Part shown: one piece after another, positions 1 to 12,091 of the stretch
How the letters are laid out: each line of letters begins with the position of its first letter
How positions within the stretch are numbered: the first letter of the stretch is position 1
NCBI GenBank assembly: GCA_964016885.1
Contig: OZ024748.1
Span: 15,810,001-15,874,000 of the forward strand
Source: Eledone cirrhosa
Taxonomy: Eukaryota
Length of the DNA stretch: 64,000 nucleotides
Direction of reading: 5' to 3'
Notes under the pieces: generated by a model
Database searches by the model: none
Told to the model about the DNA's origin: nothing
The model's input: the letters and a program-made list of their open reading frames with translations, nothing else
Program-made: the position numbers and the translations under genes

Positions 1-189
1 ATCACGTCTTTCCTTTTCTCTTAACACCTTTGAAAAAGAATATTTTACCCAAAATATTTCAAAGCCAATTAAATATTTCTAATCTAATATTTCATCACAA
101 TCTTTATTATTGATATTTTTTATATTTGATATTCAAGTTGCATTGCTGTAGCTCTGTATAAAAGTATTTTCTACTTACAATAAGTTTCT

Positions 190-672
190 CTTGTGCTGAT
201 GCCATGATAACATGCACCCAGTACACTCTGTAAACTGATTGTCATTAAAAAGGGCAACCAACTGTAGAAACCATACCAAAAGGCCATGTCAAGTGTATAC
301 AACCACTCTAGTGCTAGTTCCATGATAAAATGGACCCAGAAAATGCAGTTAAGTGATTGACATTAGACAGAATATCCAACGAAAGAAACCACACCAAAAG
401 AGTTAAGAACGGCCCTTCAACAATATCAAGGATATGACAACCTCTCTAGAGCTGGTGTCACAATAAAAGGTGCCCAGTACAATCTGTTAAAAATGAGTCT
501 CCAGCTGTAAAAATAATGTTAAAAATGAAACATATTAAGTCAGATATGGCTACCAAGCAGACTAGGAAGGCAGTAACTGATTAAGTATTTAACTGCCTGA
601 CTCATAAAGACTTGTCTAGCCTATGACAGTATGAAATACTGATGTAAAATGATGATAATCATTATCATCATC
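190..672 (+). mobile_element. Old SINE-like element (family B, RTE-type tail) with a triplicated internal block
   Basis: Three degenerate copies of 'gccatgataa..tgcacccagtacactctgtaaa' at ~195, ~314 and ~450; decayed tail 'tgtaaaatgatgat' at ~645-670. Confidence 0.5.
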
Positions 673-1091
673 ATAAATAAAATATTTAAAAATTAATTTA
701 TCATCCTCCAAAATATTTACTGCAATGAAATTACAGAAAAAAATGCATATTTTGTACAGAATACAACATTTTCTTCCAATGTATTTAGAACGTAAGTGTA
801 AGAGCTTGTATGATATCCACCTTTAGATTTATGATTATCAAAAGAAATTCAGTATTTAATCACGTGTGAAGCAATGATAGTGGAATTGGTGCCATACTGG
901 ACATGTCTTTGGACAATCAAAAGAACACCAGATGAATATTCATTGAAGAATTTAGCAAGAAACTGTCAAAACAAAATCTCTAATAATCTCCAGAGAATAC
1001 CCTGTCTTTCTTTCGAAAATAAATGATCCACTTCACGCCGGGTTTTGCATAAAAGCTTTGCTTTCACATTTGACTCTAATGAAACTTCTGA

Positions 1092-1105
1092 CAATATCTA
1101 GTACT

Positions 1106-1184
<79 letters not shown>
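1092..1184. repeat. (TA)n microsatellite, representative of dozens in the window
   Basis: Direct reading. Confidence 0.95.
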
Positions 1185-1187
<3 letters not shown>

Positions 1188-1307
1188 AGGATAAAAAGGA
1201 CGATTGATTATTCCTTCATTGCATTTATTGATAGGTGACGCGCATTTCGCCACTGATCAGCTCAAGGTTCGATCTATATCGATCCTACCCGACTCAATAC
1301 CACTGGG
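1185..1307 (-). mobile_element. Penelope-like terminal fragment carrying the 3' half of a hammerhead (GAAA-UGCGCG-UC), between (TA)n tracts
   Basis: Minus strand reads 'gcgaaatgcgcgtcacctatcaataaa'; shares 'gatcgaacct(t)gagctgatca' with 4281-4300. The CUGANGA half is missing. Confidence 0.4.
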
Positions 1308-1320
1308 TATATATATGTAT

Positions 1321-1355
<35 letters not shown>

Positions 1356-1489
1356 GATAGATAGATAGATAGATGGAGAGAGACAGAGAGAGAGAGACAG
1401 AGAGAGAGATTTTTATGGGGTTTGGCCCTATCATTAGAATTATTGGAAACAGCAGAGCATCAAACAAAAGCTTTAAAGTATTTATAGGT

Positions 1490-1640
1490 TTTTTTTTACA
1501 TTCTGAGTTCAAATACCACCAAGGTCAATTTTGCCTTCAATCCTTCCAGGATTGATAAAATACCAGTCAAGTACTGGAGTCAATGGAATTGACTTCCCTC
1601 CCACCAACTTGCTAACTTTGTGCATAAATTATAAGCCATT
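1490..1640 (+). mobile_element. Degenerate tRNA-derived SINE (family A)
   Basis: 'ttctgagttcaaat' B-box followed by a decayed 'ttttgccttcaatccttc..gataaaataccagt' central block. Confidence 0.7.
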
Positions 1641-1644
1641 GTGA

Positions 1645-1965
1645 AGGAGTAAAGACCCCCTTCAGTCACAAATGACCATGGGATTTGCACTTAAAAGGTT
1701 CCCCTTCGAGACAAGTATGGGCAAGGTTGTTTGTCGAAGACCAGCAGTCAGCCATGCATACCGATCTCCCTCTACATGACACCGATGTTGTCCTAGGAAA
1801 AGGCAATGCTCAATAAAGCTTGGGACCAGTGACATCACAACTTATTTCTAGAGCTGAGTAAATTGGAGTCCCATGAAATGCTCAAGGGAACAATGCATCG
1901 CCTGGGCCAGCAATCGAACTCACAACCTTACAATTACAAGCTCTATGCACTAAACCATACACCTT
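1645..1965 (-). mobile_element. tRNA-derived CORE-type SINE
   Basis: Minus strand has a tRNA-like head (tggtttagtg...gtgagttcgatt) then CORE-like 'ttcccttgagcatttca..ctccaatttactcagctctagaaataag'. Confidence 0.7.
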
Positions 1966-2624
1966 CACAGAAACCATTCTATATTGTATATAAAATACTC
2001 CAGCATTTCTATAGTATTCACCAATGATATTCTTACAGGGATACGGATGAAAGGATTTAGACAACCATATCAGTTGCAGACCTTTATCAAGTCTGGTACT
2101 TAATAAAATGTATAGTTTTCCTTTGCAGGATTTGAACCCTGAATATAAAGAGCCAGCTGTAATAAATACTGTAAATAATATATATTTGCTGAAAGAAAAT
2201 CTATGAAAATTATTACTTTAAAAAAAATGTTTTCCTTTAAAAAATATACAAGTCAGTTATTGAAAATCAGTAATTACTATAAACCTACATAATACTGCTG
2301 GTACAACATGTTGGGAAATATAATCTAATTCCTTGATTCTTGGTGACAATTCCAGGTGTCAATGCTTAATTGATAAAGCAATATTTGCAAGGAATTTACT
2401 TCCAATATCTCCTGACACATTATCAACTTGTGAAAATGTTTCCATTTTTGGAAATTTTCTGCTGTGAAAAATTGATTATGGACTCCACTGAGTCAAAAGA
2501 TATTGAAGAATATTGTCTCAGTTTTTAATCTCATTAAATTTTATTACATAAATATCGTTACTGTAATTAAGTTGTCTTTGTTAAGAAATGAAATACATGA
2601 AATACTCATATATAAATATATATG

Positions 2625-2659
<35 letters not shown>

Positions 2660-3555
2660 TTACAGTCACTTACAGTCTTTAACATTACTATACATCACTT
2701 ATGTTTGTAGAAAAACGGATATATTTTGAACACAACAGATCGTCAACTGTTAAATTAAGCACAAAAGAATTTCTACTTTCGGTAAATAACACACACACAC
2801 ACACACACACATACACACACACACACACATTCACTCATATAGACACACATACACCATATACAAAAGACTCTTCTATTGGTTCTTTGATATACTAATGTGT
2901 TGTTCTCGGAAGCTGTTCTTCCATTATTTTGACTTGGTCTCAATTAATTACATACATAAATATATACGTTACATACATACATAATTACATATCACCTTTT
3001 AACGCGTATTTTCTTTGCTTGCATTGGTTAAATGGGTTGTTGCATGGTGAGGCCAGGGAGATCAAGTGTCATAGGCATGGTCTTGAAGCAAGTTATTGGT
3101 GTGAGTGGTTTTTACCCTTAACTTAAATATATGTAGGGAGGTAGAGTGCAGTCTATGTGCAACTTGCAGTGAAGAAACTCACTGTGACTTCCTATAATAG
3201 CCTGGGTTAGGTGAGAAAAGTATCTGGGGGAGCAAGAGCTCAGCGAGGAAGGTGAATCAGTTAAGGTTTCTTCTAACTTTCTATGCAAGCATAGGTTGGG
3301 TAGGAAGTCAGGAATATACTGGCAGGTAGGGGGCAGAGAACCTGATTGTTATACTATGTCTCTGCTTCTTCAACTTTAGGGTGGAGGAAGGTAGGAGGGC
3401 ATGAGCATACTGGCAGGGGGTGGGCCATCATTGTTATGCACATTTCATGTGATATATAAAGTATGTATGTGGTATATTTACTTCCAACATGCTTGGCCTT
3501 CGAAGTCACTTCCACATTTTTCTTCAAAAAGTAATATTGTATGTGTGTGTGTATA

Positions 3556-3822
3556 TCATCATCATCATCATCATCACCGTTTTATTCCGTTCTACCACGC
3601 TAGCATGGGTTAGACGGGTTGTCCTGTTGTGGGCAGTGTCTGGTTGGCTGACCATGCCTTGCTCATACAGGAACTGATTTGGCTTGATTTCTACAGCTGG
3701 ATGCCCTTCCTAACACCAACCTCATTTACAGTGAGTGCTGGGTGCTTTTTCGTGGCGCCTACACATCCACTTTACAGTGTGGGCTGGGTGCTTTTTTGCC
3801 GTGGCACCTCCACGACCACCTT
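3556..3822 (-). mobile_element. SINE family B (aggaagggcatccagctgtagaa block, RTE-like tail, (GAT)n end)
   Basis: (cat)n, 'ccacgctagcatgggttagacggg', 'ctggatgcccttcctaacaccaacc' and internal ~43-bp repeats. Confidence 0.85.
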
Positions 3823-3854
3823 GTATATATATATATATATATATATATATAACG

Positions 3855-4090
3855 AAGGAAATGTGGTAAGGAACCAGATGGACCATAACGCACCAAAGTA
3901 CTCAATACTTAGGGTAGTAGAGTGGGTAATAGGAACGAGTAGGACCCCGACGGCTGAGCTCAAGCCGTTTCGATGGCTAATTCTGATATATAGGAATAAA
4001 AAAAATGGCGTGCTGTGTTGTCGAAAATGGGATATACAAATTAAAATGAAAAATTAGAAATAGGACTATCCATCATCAGTGATCTACTAA
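3855..4090 (-). mobile_element. Penelope/retrozyme-like fragment with a degenerate hammerhead (6-bp stem III)
   Basis: Minus strand: CUGAUGA (4079-4073), ~95-nt stem II region, GAA-ACGGCU-ugagcuc-AGCCGU-C, then ggggucc-uacu pairing with upstream aguagauc. Related copies at 29775-29950 and 32510-32640. Confidence 0.55.
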
Positions 4091-4352
4091 CCATCATTGG
4101 TATTTCTTCGCATTAAAGACCAATATATATATATATATATACATACATACATACACACCAACCATAACCCAATAACATGTATATGAAATGAATACGGGAC
4201 ATATGTCAACAATCTGGATAGGACGACCCATGTCAACTCTCATAAATGAAGAAGTGTCAAGAGTCGAGATCTGATCGCATGATCGAACCTGAGCTGATCA
4301 ATATAGAAACAATTGAAATATAAAGTTGCACAAAAAGCTACAATTCTTATTG

Positions 4353-4416
<64 letters not shown>

Positions 4417-4588
4417 GAATATTTATACATACATATAGGCTTTCTAATGATCATGTCACCAAATAGAACATTACTAGTCCTGTAAGATTCAATCTAAATG
4501 TAATAAGATTATGTGATGTATTGAGTAGCTTATTTTAATTATGGTTCTAGTCCACTCTTTAGCAGAACACAATTCTTATATATATATC

Positions 4589-5004
4589 ATCATCATCATC
4601 ATCGTTTAACGTCCATATTCCACGCTTGCATGGGTTTGGATGGGAGTTTTCCCACTTGAGGCAAGAGTGGTTGTCTTGCTCGTATAGGACTGTCTGGCGG
4701 GTTTTCTATGGCTGGATGCCCTTCCTAACACCAACCACATTTACAGTGTGGAACTGGGAGGTTTTTACCGTGTTACCTACACGGCCACATTACAGCGTGG
4801 ACTGTGTGTTTTTTTGTCGTGACACCTACACGACCTCATTTGTTTCGGCCTGGATGTTGTGGTACCAACATAACTTTACATTGAAAGGGGCGGTGTGGAT
4901 GGGGTGGGGGTAGTGGGACGGGGGTATATTTTGTTAGAGGTGCCTACTGACTGTAGTAGGTTTTATTTTGTATTTAGGTAAGGCGGGTCTTCTCTATTAC
5001 TGAG
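4589..5004 (-). mobile_element. Young headless non-autonomous retroelement (family B tail), highly similar to 48888-49303 in opposite orientation
   Basis: Reverse complement aligns end to end with 48888-49303; both copies are flanked by (TA)n. Confidence 0.85.
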
Positions 5005-5216
5005 TATATATATATATATATATATAGCAGTAACAAATAGGAAGATTAAAGTCCAGAGAGGATTCGATAAGATATGTGTGTGCACGTGCGTGTGTATGTG
5101 CGTGTGTATATATATACATATATATATATATAGTTATATATAAACCTGTAAAGCAATTATTTATTATTTAGGTTGGAAGCAGAAAATCATTGCTGAAATT
5201 TTAATCTGAGCTAATG

Positions 5217-5258
<42 letters not shown>

Positions 5259-5875
5259 TATATAAGAAAATGAGGTTTTACAATGAGGTTTTTAATAGAT
5301 TAGGCCCAGTTACAAACATTTCACAGATGAGTGGCTCAAGAACCATATTTGCATTATAGACCTGACTGCAGGACCAATCTGCTCACCAGATCACAAGTAA
5401 ACACACACATATCTGTATGTATCACACACACACATATTTATATATATCACACACATGCACACAAGCTTATATTTATGTGTATCTCATATACACCAAATCA
5501 TTGTGGGTGGGAAGATATTACAAACTCAACTAAAACCGCCAATATAACAAGTTAACCATACATCAATTTCTCTATATTGAATCCTACAACCACATATTGC
5601 AAAGGTTTATAAATCATATTTCGACAAAACTTTACCTTATTCTCATTTCACCATTCAAACATTAACAAAACCAAACAAAAAAAAATAGTTTTATGTAATA
5701 TATTCCTATATCAATTGAGATCAATAAAAGATTTTAAAATCTGTCTCAAATAGTTTCCTTGTAACTTATCTACTCACACCAGTGTACACACACACACACA
5801 CAATTACATGTGTGTGTGTATGTATATATATATAATCCATGCCAGTGTGGAAAATGGACAGTTAAATGATGATGA

Positions 5876-5986
5876 ATAGAGAGAGAGAGAGAGAGAGGCA
5901 GAGAGACAGAGAGAGAGAGGCAGAGAGACAGAGAGGAGAGAGAGAGAGAGAGAGACAGAGAGACAGAGAGACAGAGAGAGACAGAC

Positions 5987-6019
<33 letters not shown>

Positions 6020-6345
6020 GAGAGAGAGACAGACAGAGAGAGAGCGCGAAAGAAAGAGCGAAAGAAAGAGCGAAAGAAAGAGACAAAGAAAGAGAGAGAG
6101 AAAGAGAGAGAGAAAGAGAGAAAGAAAGAGAAAAAGAAAGAGAAAAAGAAAGAGAAAAAGAAAGAGAAAAAGAAAGAGAAAAAGAAAGAGAAAAAGAAAG
6201 AGGGAAAGAAAGAGAAAAAGAAAGAGGGAAAGAAAGAGAAAAAGAAAGAGGGAAAGAAAGAGAAAAAGAAAGAGGGAAAGAAAGAGGGAAAGAAAGAGGG
6301 AAAGAAAGAGGGAAAGAAAGAAAGAGAGACAGAAAGAGAAACATA
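5876..6345. repeat. Purine-rich (GA)n and 12-bp (AAAGAAAGAGAA/GG) tandem repeat
   Basis: Direct reading; explains the ER/FS-rich ORFs. Confidence 0.95.
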
Positions 6346-6459
6346 CATATATACACACAAAGAGAGGGGGAAAGAGGGCGGAGAGGGAGAGAGGGGGGGG
6401 GGTTATTTGGTCAATGGTCTTGCGGCATATATCCCATACATGATGTAAAAAGAACTTAC

Positions 6460-6519
6460 AGAAAAAAGAAAACATAAGTTTGCCTGGAAGTAATCAATCT
6501 TTTCTATTGTCAGCTGTTC
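6460..6519 (-). CDS. Candidate 60-nt phase-0 exon (EQLTIEKIDYFQANLCFLFS), gene unknown
   Basis: Minus strand: acceptor 'ctctcaatacaccag', 60-nt open frame, consensus donor 'gtaagt'. No homology recognised. Confidence 0.25.
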
Positions 6520-6529
6520 CTGGTGTATT

Positions 6530-7215
6530 GAGAGGGGGGGGGGGGGTTAGAGAGAGCTAGAGAGAGAGGGGTGAGCTTGAGAGAGAGTTAGCTAGAGAGG
6601 GGGGGTTAGACAGAGCTAGAGAGAGAGAGGGGTGAGCTTGAGAGAGAGTTAGCTAGAGAGAGTTAGCTAGAGAGGGGGGGGGGGGGTTAGACAGAGCTAG
6701 AGAGAGAGGGGTGAGCTTGAGAGAGAGTTAGCTAGAGAGGGGGGGGGGTTAGACAGAGCTAGAGAGAGAGGGGTGAGCTTGAGAGAGAGTTAGCTAGAGA
6801 GGGGGGGGGGGTTAGACAGAGCTAGAGAGAGAGCTAGAGAGAGGGGTGAGCCTGAGAGCGAGCTAGAGAGAGGGGTGAGCCTGAGAGAGAGCTAGAGAGA
6901 GGGGTGAGCCTGAGAGAGAGAGCTAGAGAGAGGGGTGAGCCTGAGAGAGAGAGCTAGAGAGAGGGGTGAGCCTGAGAGAGAGAGCTAGAGAGAGGGGTGA
7001 GCCTGAGAGAGAGCTAGAGAGAGGGGTGAGCCTGAGAGAGAGCTAGAGAGAGGGGTGAGCCTGAGAGAGAGCTAGAGAGAGGGGTGAGCCTGAGAGAGAG
7101 CTAGAGAGAGGTGTGAGCTAGAGAGAGAGCTAGAGAGAGGTGTGAGCTAGAGAGAGGTGTGAGCTAGAGAGAGAGCTAGAGAGAGAGAGAGGTGAGCCTG
7201 AGAGAGAGAGAGGGG
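6530..7215. repeat. G/A-rich minisatellite (gagctagagagaggggtgagcct and variants)
   Basis: Direct reading; ~30-bp units. Confidence 0.95.
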
Positions 7216-7304
7216 GTAAGGTTGAGTGAGAAGGAAGTAGGGAAAACCTAAAAGTAAAAGTAAGCAAGTATTGGCCATAGTTTTCTAATATACAATATAT
7301 TATA

Positions 7305-7668
7305 TAATTGTTTCTACTTTAGGCACAAGGCCAGCAATTATCCCAGTGCATTACTGGTACTTTATTTTTATCGACCCCGTAAGGATGAAAGGCAAAGTCA
7401 ACCTCGGCGGGATTTGAACTAAGATCGTAAAGGGACGTAACTATGCTGGAAAGCATGGCGTCCGACCCTCTACCGATACTGCCAATCCACCGCCCTTAAC
7501 AATAATAATAATAATGGTTTCTTATTTAGGCACAAGGCCAGCAATTTCGGGGGGGGGGGGGGGGGGTTCGATGAAATTCACACCAGTGCGTGACTGGTAC
7601 TTTATTTTATCGACCCCGTAAGGATGAAAGGCAAAGTCAACCTCGGCGGGATTTGAACTCAGATCGTA
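7305..7668 (-). mobile_element. SINE family A tandem pair (long-tail monomer 7668-7513, short-tail monomer 7496-7305)
   Basis: A-box-like tggcagtatcgg, B-box gttcaaatccc, and central 'gactttgcctttcatccttacggggtcgataaaataaagtaccag' (resembles the Meta/MESC SINE domain from memory). Confidence 0.9.
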
Positions 7669-8103
7669 ATATATTATATAATATCGTATGGCTTCTTTCC
7701 ATGCTGGCTGGATACTGGATACAATATAAATTTCTGGGTTACAGAGGCGTCAAATAATTGCGAACAGTGATAATAGATATAGCAAATGAAAACATACACA
7801 TATCTACATATACATCTCTCTCTTTATATATATATACACATATACATACATACATACACATATATATGCACACACACATATATATGTAACCATACACGTG
7901 CACACACACATATATACATGTAACCATACACACACACACACACACACACAGATATAACCATACACACATACATGTAACCATACACACACATATATCAACA
8001 TACATATTTATATACACACACATTTCTGTGTTAGGAAGGCGTCAGATAATTATGAACAAAGATTATGGGAAGAGTAAAAAAGAAAAAAACTATGTATATA
8101 TAT

Positions 8104-8136
<33 letters not shown>

Positions 8137-8629
8137 AATATATATTTGCTGATTAATGGCTGCAGTCTGTAAAAATATTTGCCAATCGAAAGTTTTTTTT
8201 TTTCCCTATGATAGCTGATCAATAAAATCCATATATTGGAAATAATATCTGAGCCAATAATAATATCCAGCTTGGGTAGTTTCAATCCTTAAAACTCCAT
8301 CCATTATATTTACCTGTTATCTAAGAAAAGTTTGAAATAAATCTAGTTTATTTGGTGGTATGGTATGGCATTGTATTGTCTCATAACTCTTGGAGTCATA
8401 CTGAAAACATATTGTCTTATGGCATTTCTTGGGCATTTTAAGCCTTGGCAGAGCTCACCCCCTCTGCCAACTTTATTTATTTAAGACAATATAAAACGAA
8501 TATTTTATAATTAAGAGAAAACGTTCATTTATGACATAGAACTTTTGGTTTGAAATTTGAAATTTAGTATTTCATTGTCTGTGCCGTCTTCACCATCACC
8601 ACCACCGTCGCCACCACCATCGCCAGCAC

Positions 8630-8940
8630 CATTTTACGTCTTCCTTCTCTGATAGCATGGGTTGGAAGACTTGTCACAGTCTGAGACCAGATTGGTTAAA
8701 ACAACCTCACCTTGTTCATGTGTTCCATATTTGGTTTGGGTTCTATGGCTGGATGTCATTCCTCACACCAACCACCTTCCAGAGTGTAGTGAATGTGTTG
8801 TTTTTTTTTATTCATAGCAACAGTACTACCAATTTACAGAGTGAACTGGGTGTATTTTATCAAAGCACATTGGATGTATTTTATCAAAGCACTTTACATA
8901 ATGTATTGAGTACATTTTATGGTGGCACTAGCACAATAGA
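8630..8940 (-). mobile_element. Degenerate SINE family B
   Basis: 'tagcatgggttgga', 'tatggctggatgtcattcctcacaccaacc' and internal repeats. Confidence 0.65.
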
Positions 8941-10098
8941 GATATTGTCACATGTTTGTCCAGGCTGAAGAATCCTTTCAAATTCTATATTGTTTCTGTT
9001 CAATCAGCAACACTAACCTCAAGTCTCCCAGCATCTTTACTTCTATCTACTTTAGAATAGCTACACTGTCTTACTTCCTATATATCAGTGCTTCTCAAAG
9101 ACTCAATTTACCTTCCTACTCTTGGGATCCTACAATTCCTAACTTCCCTCCCTATTATATTAAATTGTCTTCTAGTCATGTTTCCACCATTACACTTTTA
9201 TCATGTTAATTATTACAATTTTGATATTACAGAAATCTAGTTAGAAAGTCTCAGCAGAGAATCACTGGACAGCTTTTACAGGCGAAACAATGTTTCATTG
9301 TTCATACACACTCTAACATCATAATCCAGGTATCTTCTATAAACACTCGACTCATCTATATATAAGTTGCAGTCTTTCTATACCAGATACTGGTATCACT
9401 GTTGTTTTCTCATGTAGAGCATCTATTTCTTATATCTAGCTTCTCCCACAGCTTATTTGTGTTTCGTTGTTCATGCAAACACTAGCATTATACATCTAGC
9501 AGAGCATGCATGCTTAATTTCCTTTCTACTGCCACAGATCTTGCCACTACACAGCATTGATCTTGCTATACAATCATCATGCAATCTGCCCTTTATTTTG
9601 AAAGACAAACCCTTTGTTGCCAGGAGAAATAATAGCTCCCCTCAACATTTTCAACTTCACTAAATCGTGTACATATTCATATATATGTACACACACACAA
9701 ACACATGTATCATCATCATCATCACCGTTTTACGTCCATTCTTTCACACTAGCATGTGTGTGTGCGTGCGCGTGCGCGTGCGCGTGCATGTGTGCGCGCG
9801 CGTGTGCGTGTGCGTGTGTGTATACAAAGAGAGAAAGCTTCAAAATCTTTCACTGACATTTACTGGAGAGAAATATAAATTTACTGCATTGTGTACCAAA
9901 ACTAAATATAAAACATTACCGTTAGTAATACTAGAAATACTTTAAGGGAACATGGAAGACAAATTGTCTGGAATATGACTCAAAGAAGGAATTACAGAAA
10001 CCCACTATATTATGAAAAGGTCATATTTATAACTTCAAGACATAACTTCTTTATATATTCTTTCCATACATTTATTTCGTTAATTTTAGTATTATTTG

Positions 10099-10156
<58 letters not shown>

Positions 10157-10210
10157 TATTTCTGAAGAAAAAGCAAAGGAAAGAAGAGTGCTCTATGTAT
10201 AATACAGAGC

Positions 10211-10279
10211 CTTCTATCTGATGAGTGAACTACACATATGTTAATATTGTCTAGGGCCCTGAAACCTTTGGTAATGAAG
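10211..10279 (+). ncRNA. Type-I hammerhead ribozyme motif
   Basis: Stem I cuuc(u)au/augaag; CUGAUGA 10218-10224; eroded stem II; GAAA 10261-10264; stem III ACC-uuu-GGU; predicted GUA cleavage after 10273. Confidence 0.6.
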
Positions 10280-10317
10280 TAGTTATATATTGTCTATTCA
10301 CTTCCTAATATATATAT

Positions 10318-10506
10318 TAATTGTTTCTACTTTTGGCACAAGGCCAGCAATTACCCAGTACATTACTGGTACTTTATTTTATCGACCCCGTAAGGATGAA
10401 AGGCAAAGTTAACCTCGGCAGGATTTGAACTCAGACCGTAAAGAGACGTAACTATACTGGAAAGCATGGCGTCCGACTCTCCACCAATACTGCCAATTCA
10501 CCGCCC
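10318..10506 (-). mobile_element. SINE family A, full-length short-tail form
   Basis: Highly similar to 7305-7496. Confidence 0.9.
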
Positions 10507-10515
10507 TATATATAT

Positions 10516-11264
10516 ATATTAATAAAAGGAATTCTAACTTTGTCTGATTTACTCGTTTTATTTACAATCCTTTAAAATTATAATGATATGATAATGAAAT
10601 AGTATGATAGAATATTAAATGTTAAATGTTAATTGAACAAGTACTTTCATGCTTTCGCAATCTTTATATTCAGTGGTGACAGTCAAGTTTGCAATTTTCA
10701 ACTGTCATTTCATCATTTCATTTTACGTCCACTTTTCCCTGCTTGCAAGGGTGGGACGGGAACTGATTCTGGCTTGATTTCTACAGTTGGATGCTCTTCC
10801 TAAAACCAACCTCATTTACAGTGAGTTCTGGGTGCTTTTTTTCCGTGGCGCCTACACGTCCACTTTACAGTGTGAGCTGGGTGCTTTTTTGCCATGGCAC
10901 CTCCAAGACCACTCTACAGTGGAATGATATGGACCCCAGTCCCTATCATCTCATTTCTACAGCTGAGTAAACTGGAGCAATGTGAAATAAAGTGTCTTGT
11001 TCAAGGAAACAACACATTACCCGGTCTGAGAATTGAACTCACAACCTTTTGATTGCAAGGCCATCGCCATAGTCACAGTTGAAAATTGCAAACTTGACTG
11101 TCACCACTGAATATAAAGATTGCGAAAGCATGAAAGAACTTGTTCATTTAACATTTAACATTTAATATTCTACCATAATATTTCATTATAATATCATTAT
11201 AATGTTATAGGATTGTAAATAAAACGAGTAAATCAGACAAAGTTGGAATTCCTTTTGTTAATAT
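10516..11264. repeat. Long inverted repeat (~190-bp arms, 10516-10705 and 11075-11264) interrupted by a SINE
   Basis: Arms are reverse complements, e.g. 'ctttatattcagtggtgacagtcaagtttgcaattttcaactgt' vs 'acagttgaaaattgcaaacttgactgtcaccactgaatataaag'. Confidence 0.9.
10708..11071 (-). mobile_element. Near full-length CORE-SINE family B (tRNA head, CORE, internal repeats, RTE-like tail)
   Basis: Minus strand: 'ggttgtgagttcaattctc', CORE-like 'ccttgaacaagacactttatttcacattgctccagtttactcagctgtagaaatgag', tail 'ggacgtaaaatgaaatgatg'. Confidence 0.85.
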
Positions 11265-11400
11265 AATCTTCTATACACAATATATAAATATATATAACAA
11301 CCGTAGAGTTTCAGAAGATCCCGTTAGAGGTGAAATCAGCGATTCTTTGCTTAAACTTTAATCTGTTATTTTAATAAATAAATAAATATCTATCTATATC

Positions 11401-11760
11401 TAGGGTGGGTAAAATTGCCGAGATCCATGGTCGAGTTCTCTCCCGCGGTCTCTATCCCTCATTATTGCTGCCATGTCCTGCATCTCCAAGAGACCAGTGT
11501 CTGTCCTTAGAGCATCAACATATGTTAACCTTGGTATACCACTTCCAGTGTGTCCATGCAGGGGCTCCCACAGGAGCACTGAGTGCATTGTCAACTCTGG
11601 ATGTCGGTGAGCAAATCCAGCTAACCTCAGTCGCCTCTGTGTCGTTTTTGAGCTGACTTTTGGGAGAGTCCCATACAGCTGAATTCTTCATCCTCAGTGT
11701 ATACTGATTAATGTTCAGAGCCATCCTCAGCATTCTCGTGTAGCACCCATACACCCTCTG
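11401..11760 (-). mobile_element. RTE-type LINE, 3' segment (frameshifted)
   Basis: Translates to GCYTRMLRMALNI...LLWEPLHG...RLTYVDALRTDTGL, typical of an RTE C-terminal region. Confidence 0.85.
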
Positions 11761-12091
11761 ATGGATTTGATGCAGGAGGTGGAGACTGTGTCGATGAGTG
11801 TGTATGAGATTAAGACGAAATATCTGATAGAGATTACTAATGTAGAAGCCAGAGATTACTAACGTAGGCGGGAAGCCGCTAGAATTGGTTGAGGACTTCC
11901 TGTATTTGGGAGCAAAGATTTGGAATATGGAAGATGATGTGGTCGAGAGGAAGAGCAAAGCCTGGGTGGTGTGCCATAGCTTGAGATCAGTGTGGAAGTC
12001 GGACCTTCGTAAAGACCTGAAGATCCGCCTCTTCATTGCTGTAATGGAGTCTGTGCTGCTGTACGGGTCTGAGACTTTGACACTGACCAAG
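11761..12091 (+). mobile_element. RTE-type LINE, inverted upstream segment (end of RT region)
   Basis: KTKY...LELVEDFLYLG...AW...LRSVWKS...LKIRLF...ESVLLYGSETLTLTK. Confidence 0.85.

Noticed and set aside
5770-6477. ER/K-rich and FS-rich ORFs
   Set aside because: Translations of GA simple repeats.
8200-8320. 'LKLPKLDIIIGSD' resembling a METTL23-like methyltransferase motif
   Set aside because: Too short, stop codon just upstream, expected following residues absent; chance cannot be excluded without a search.
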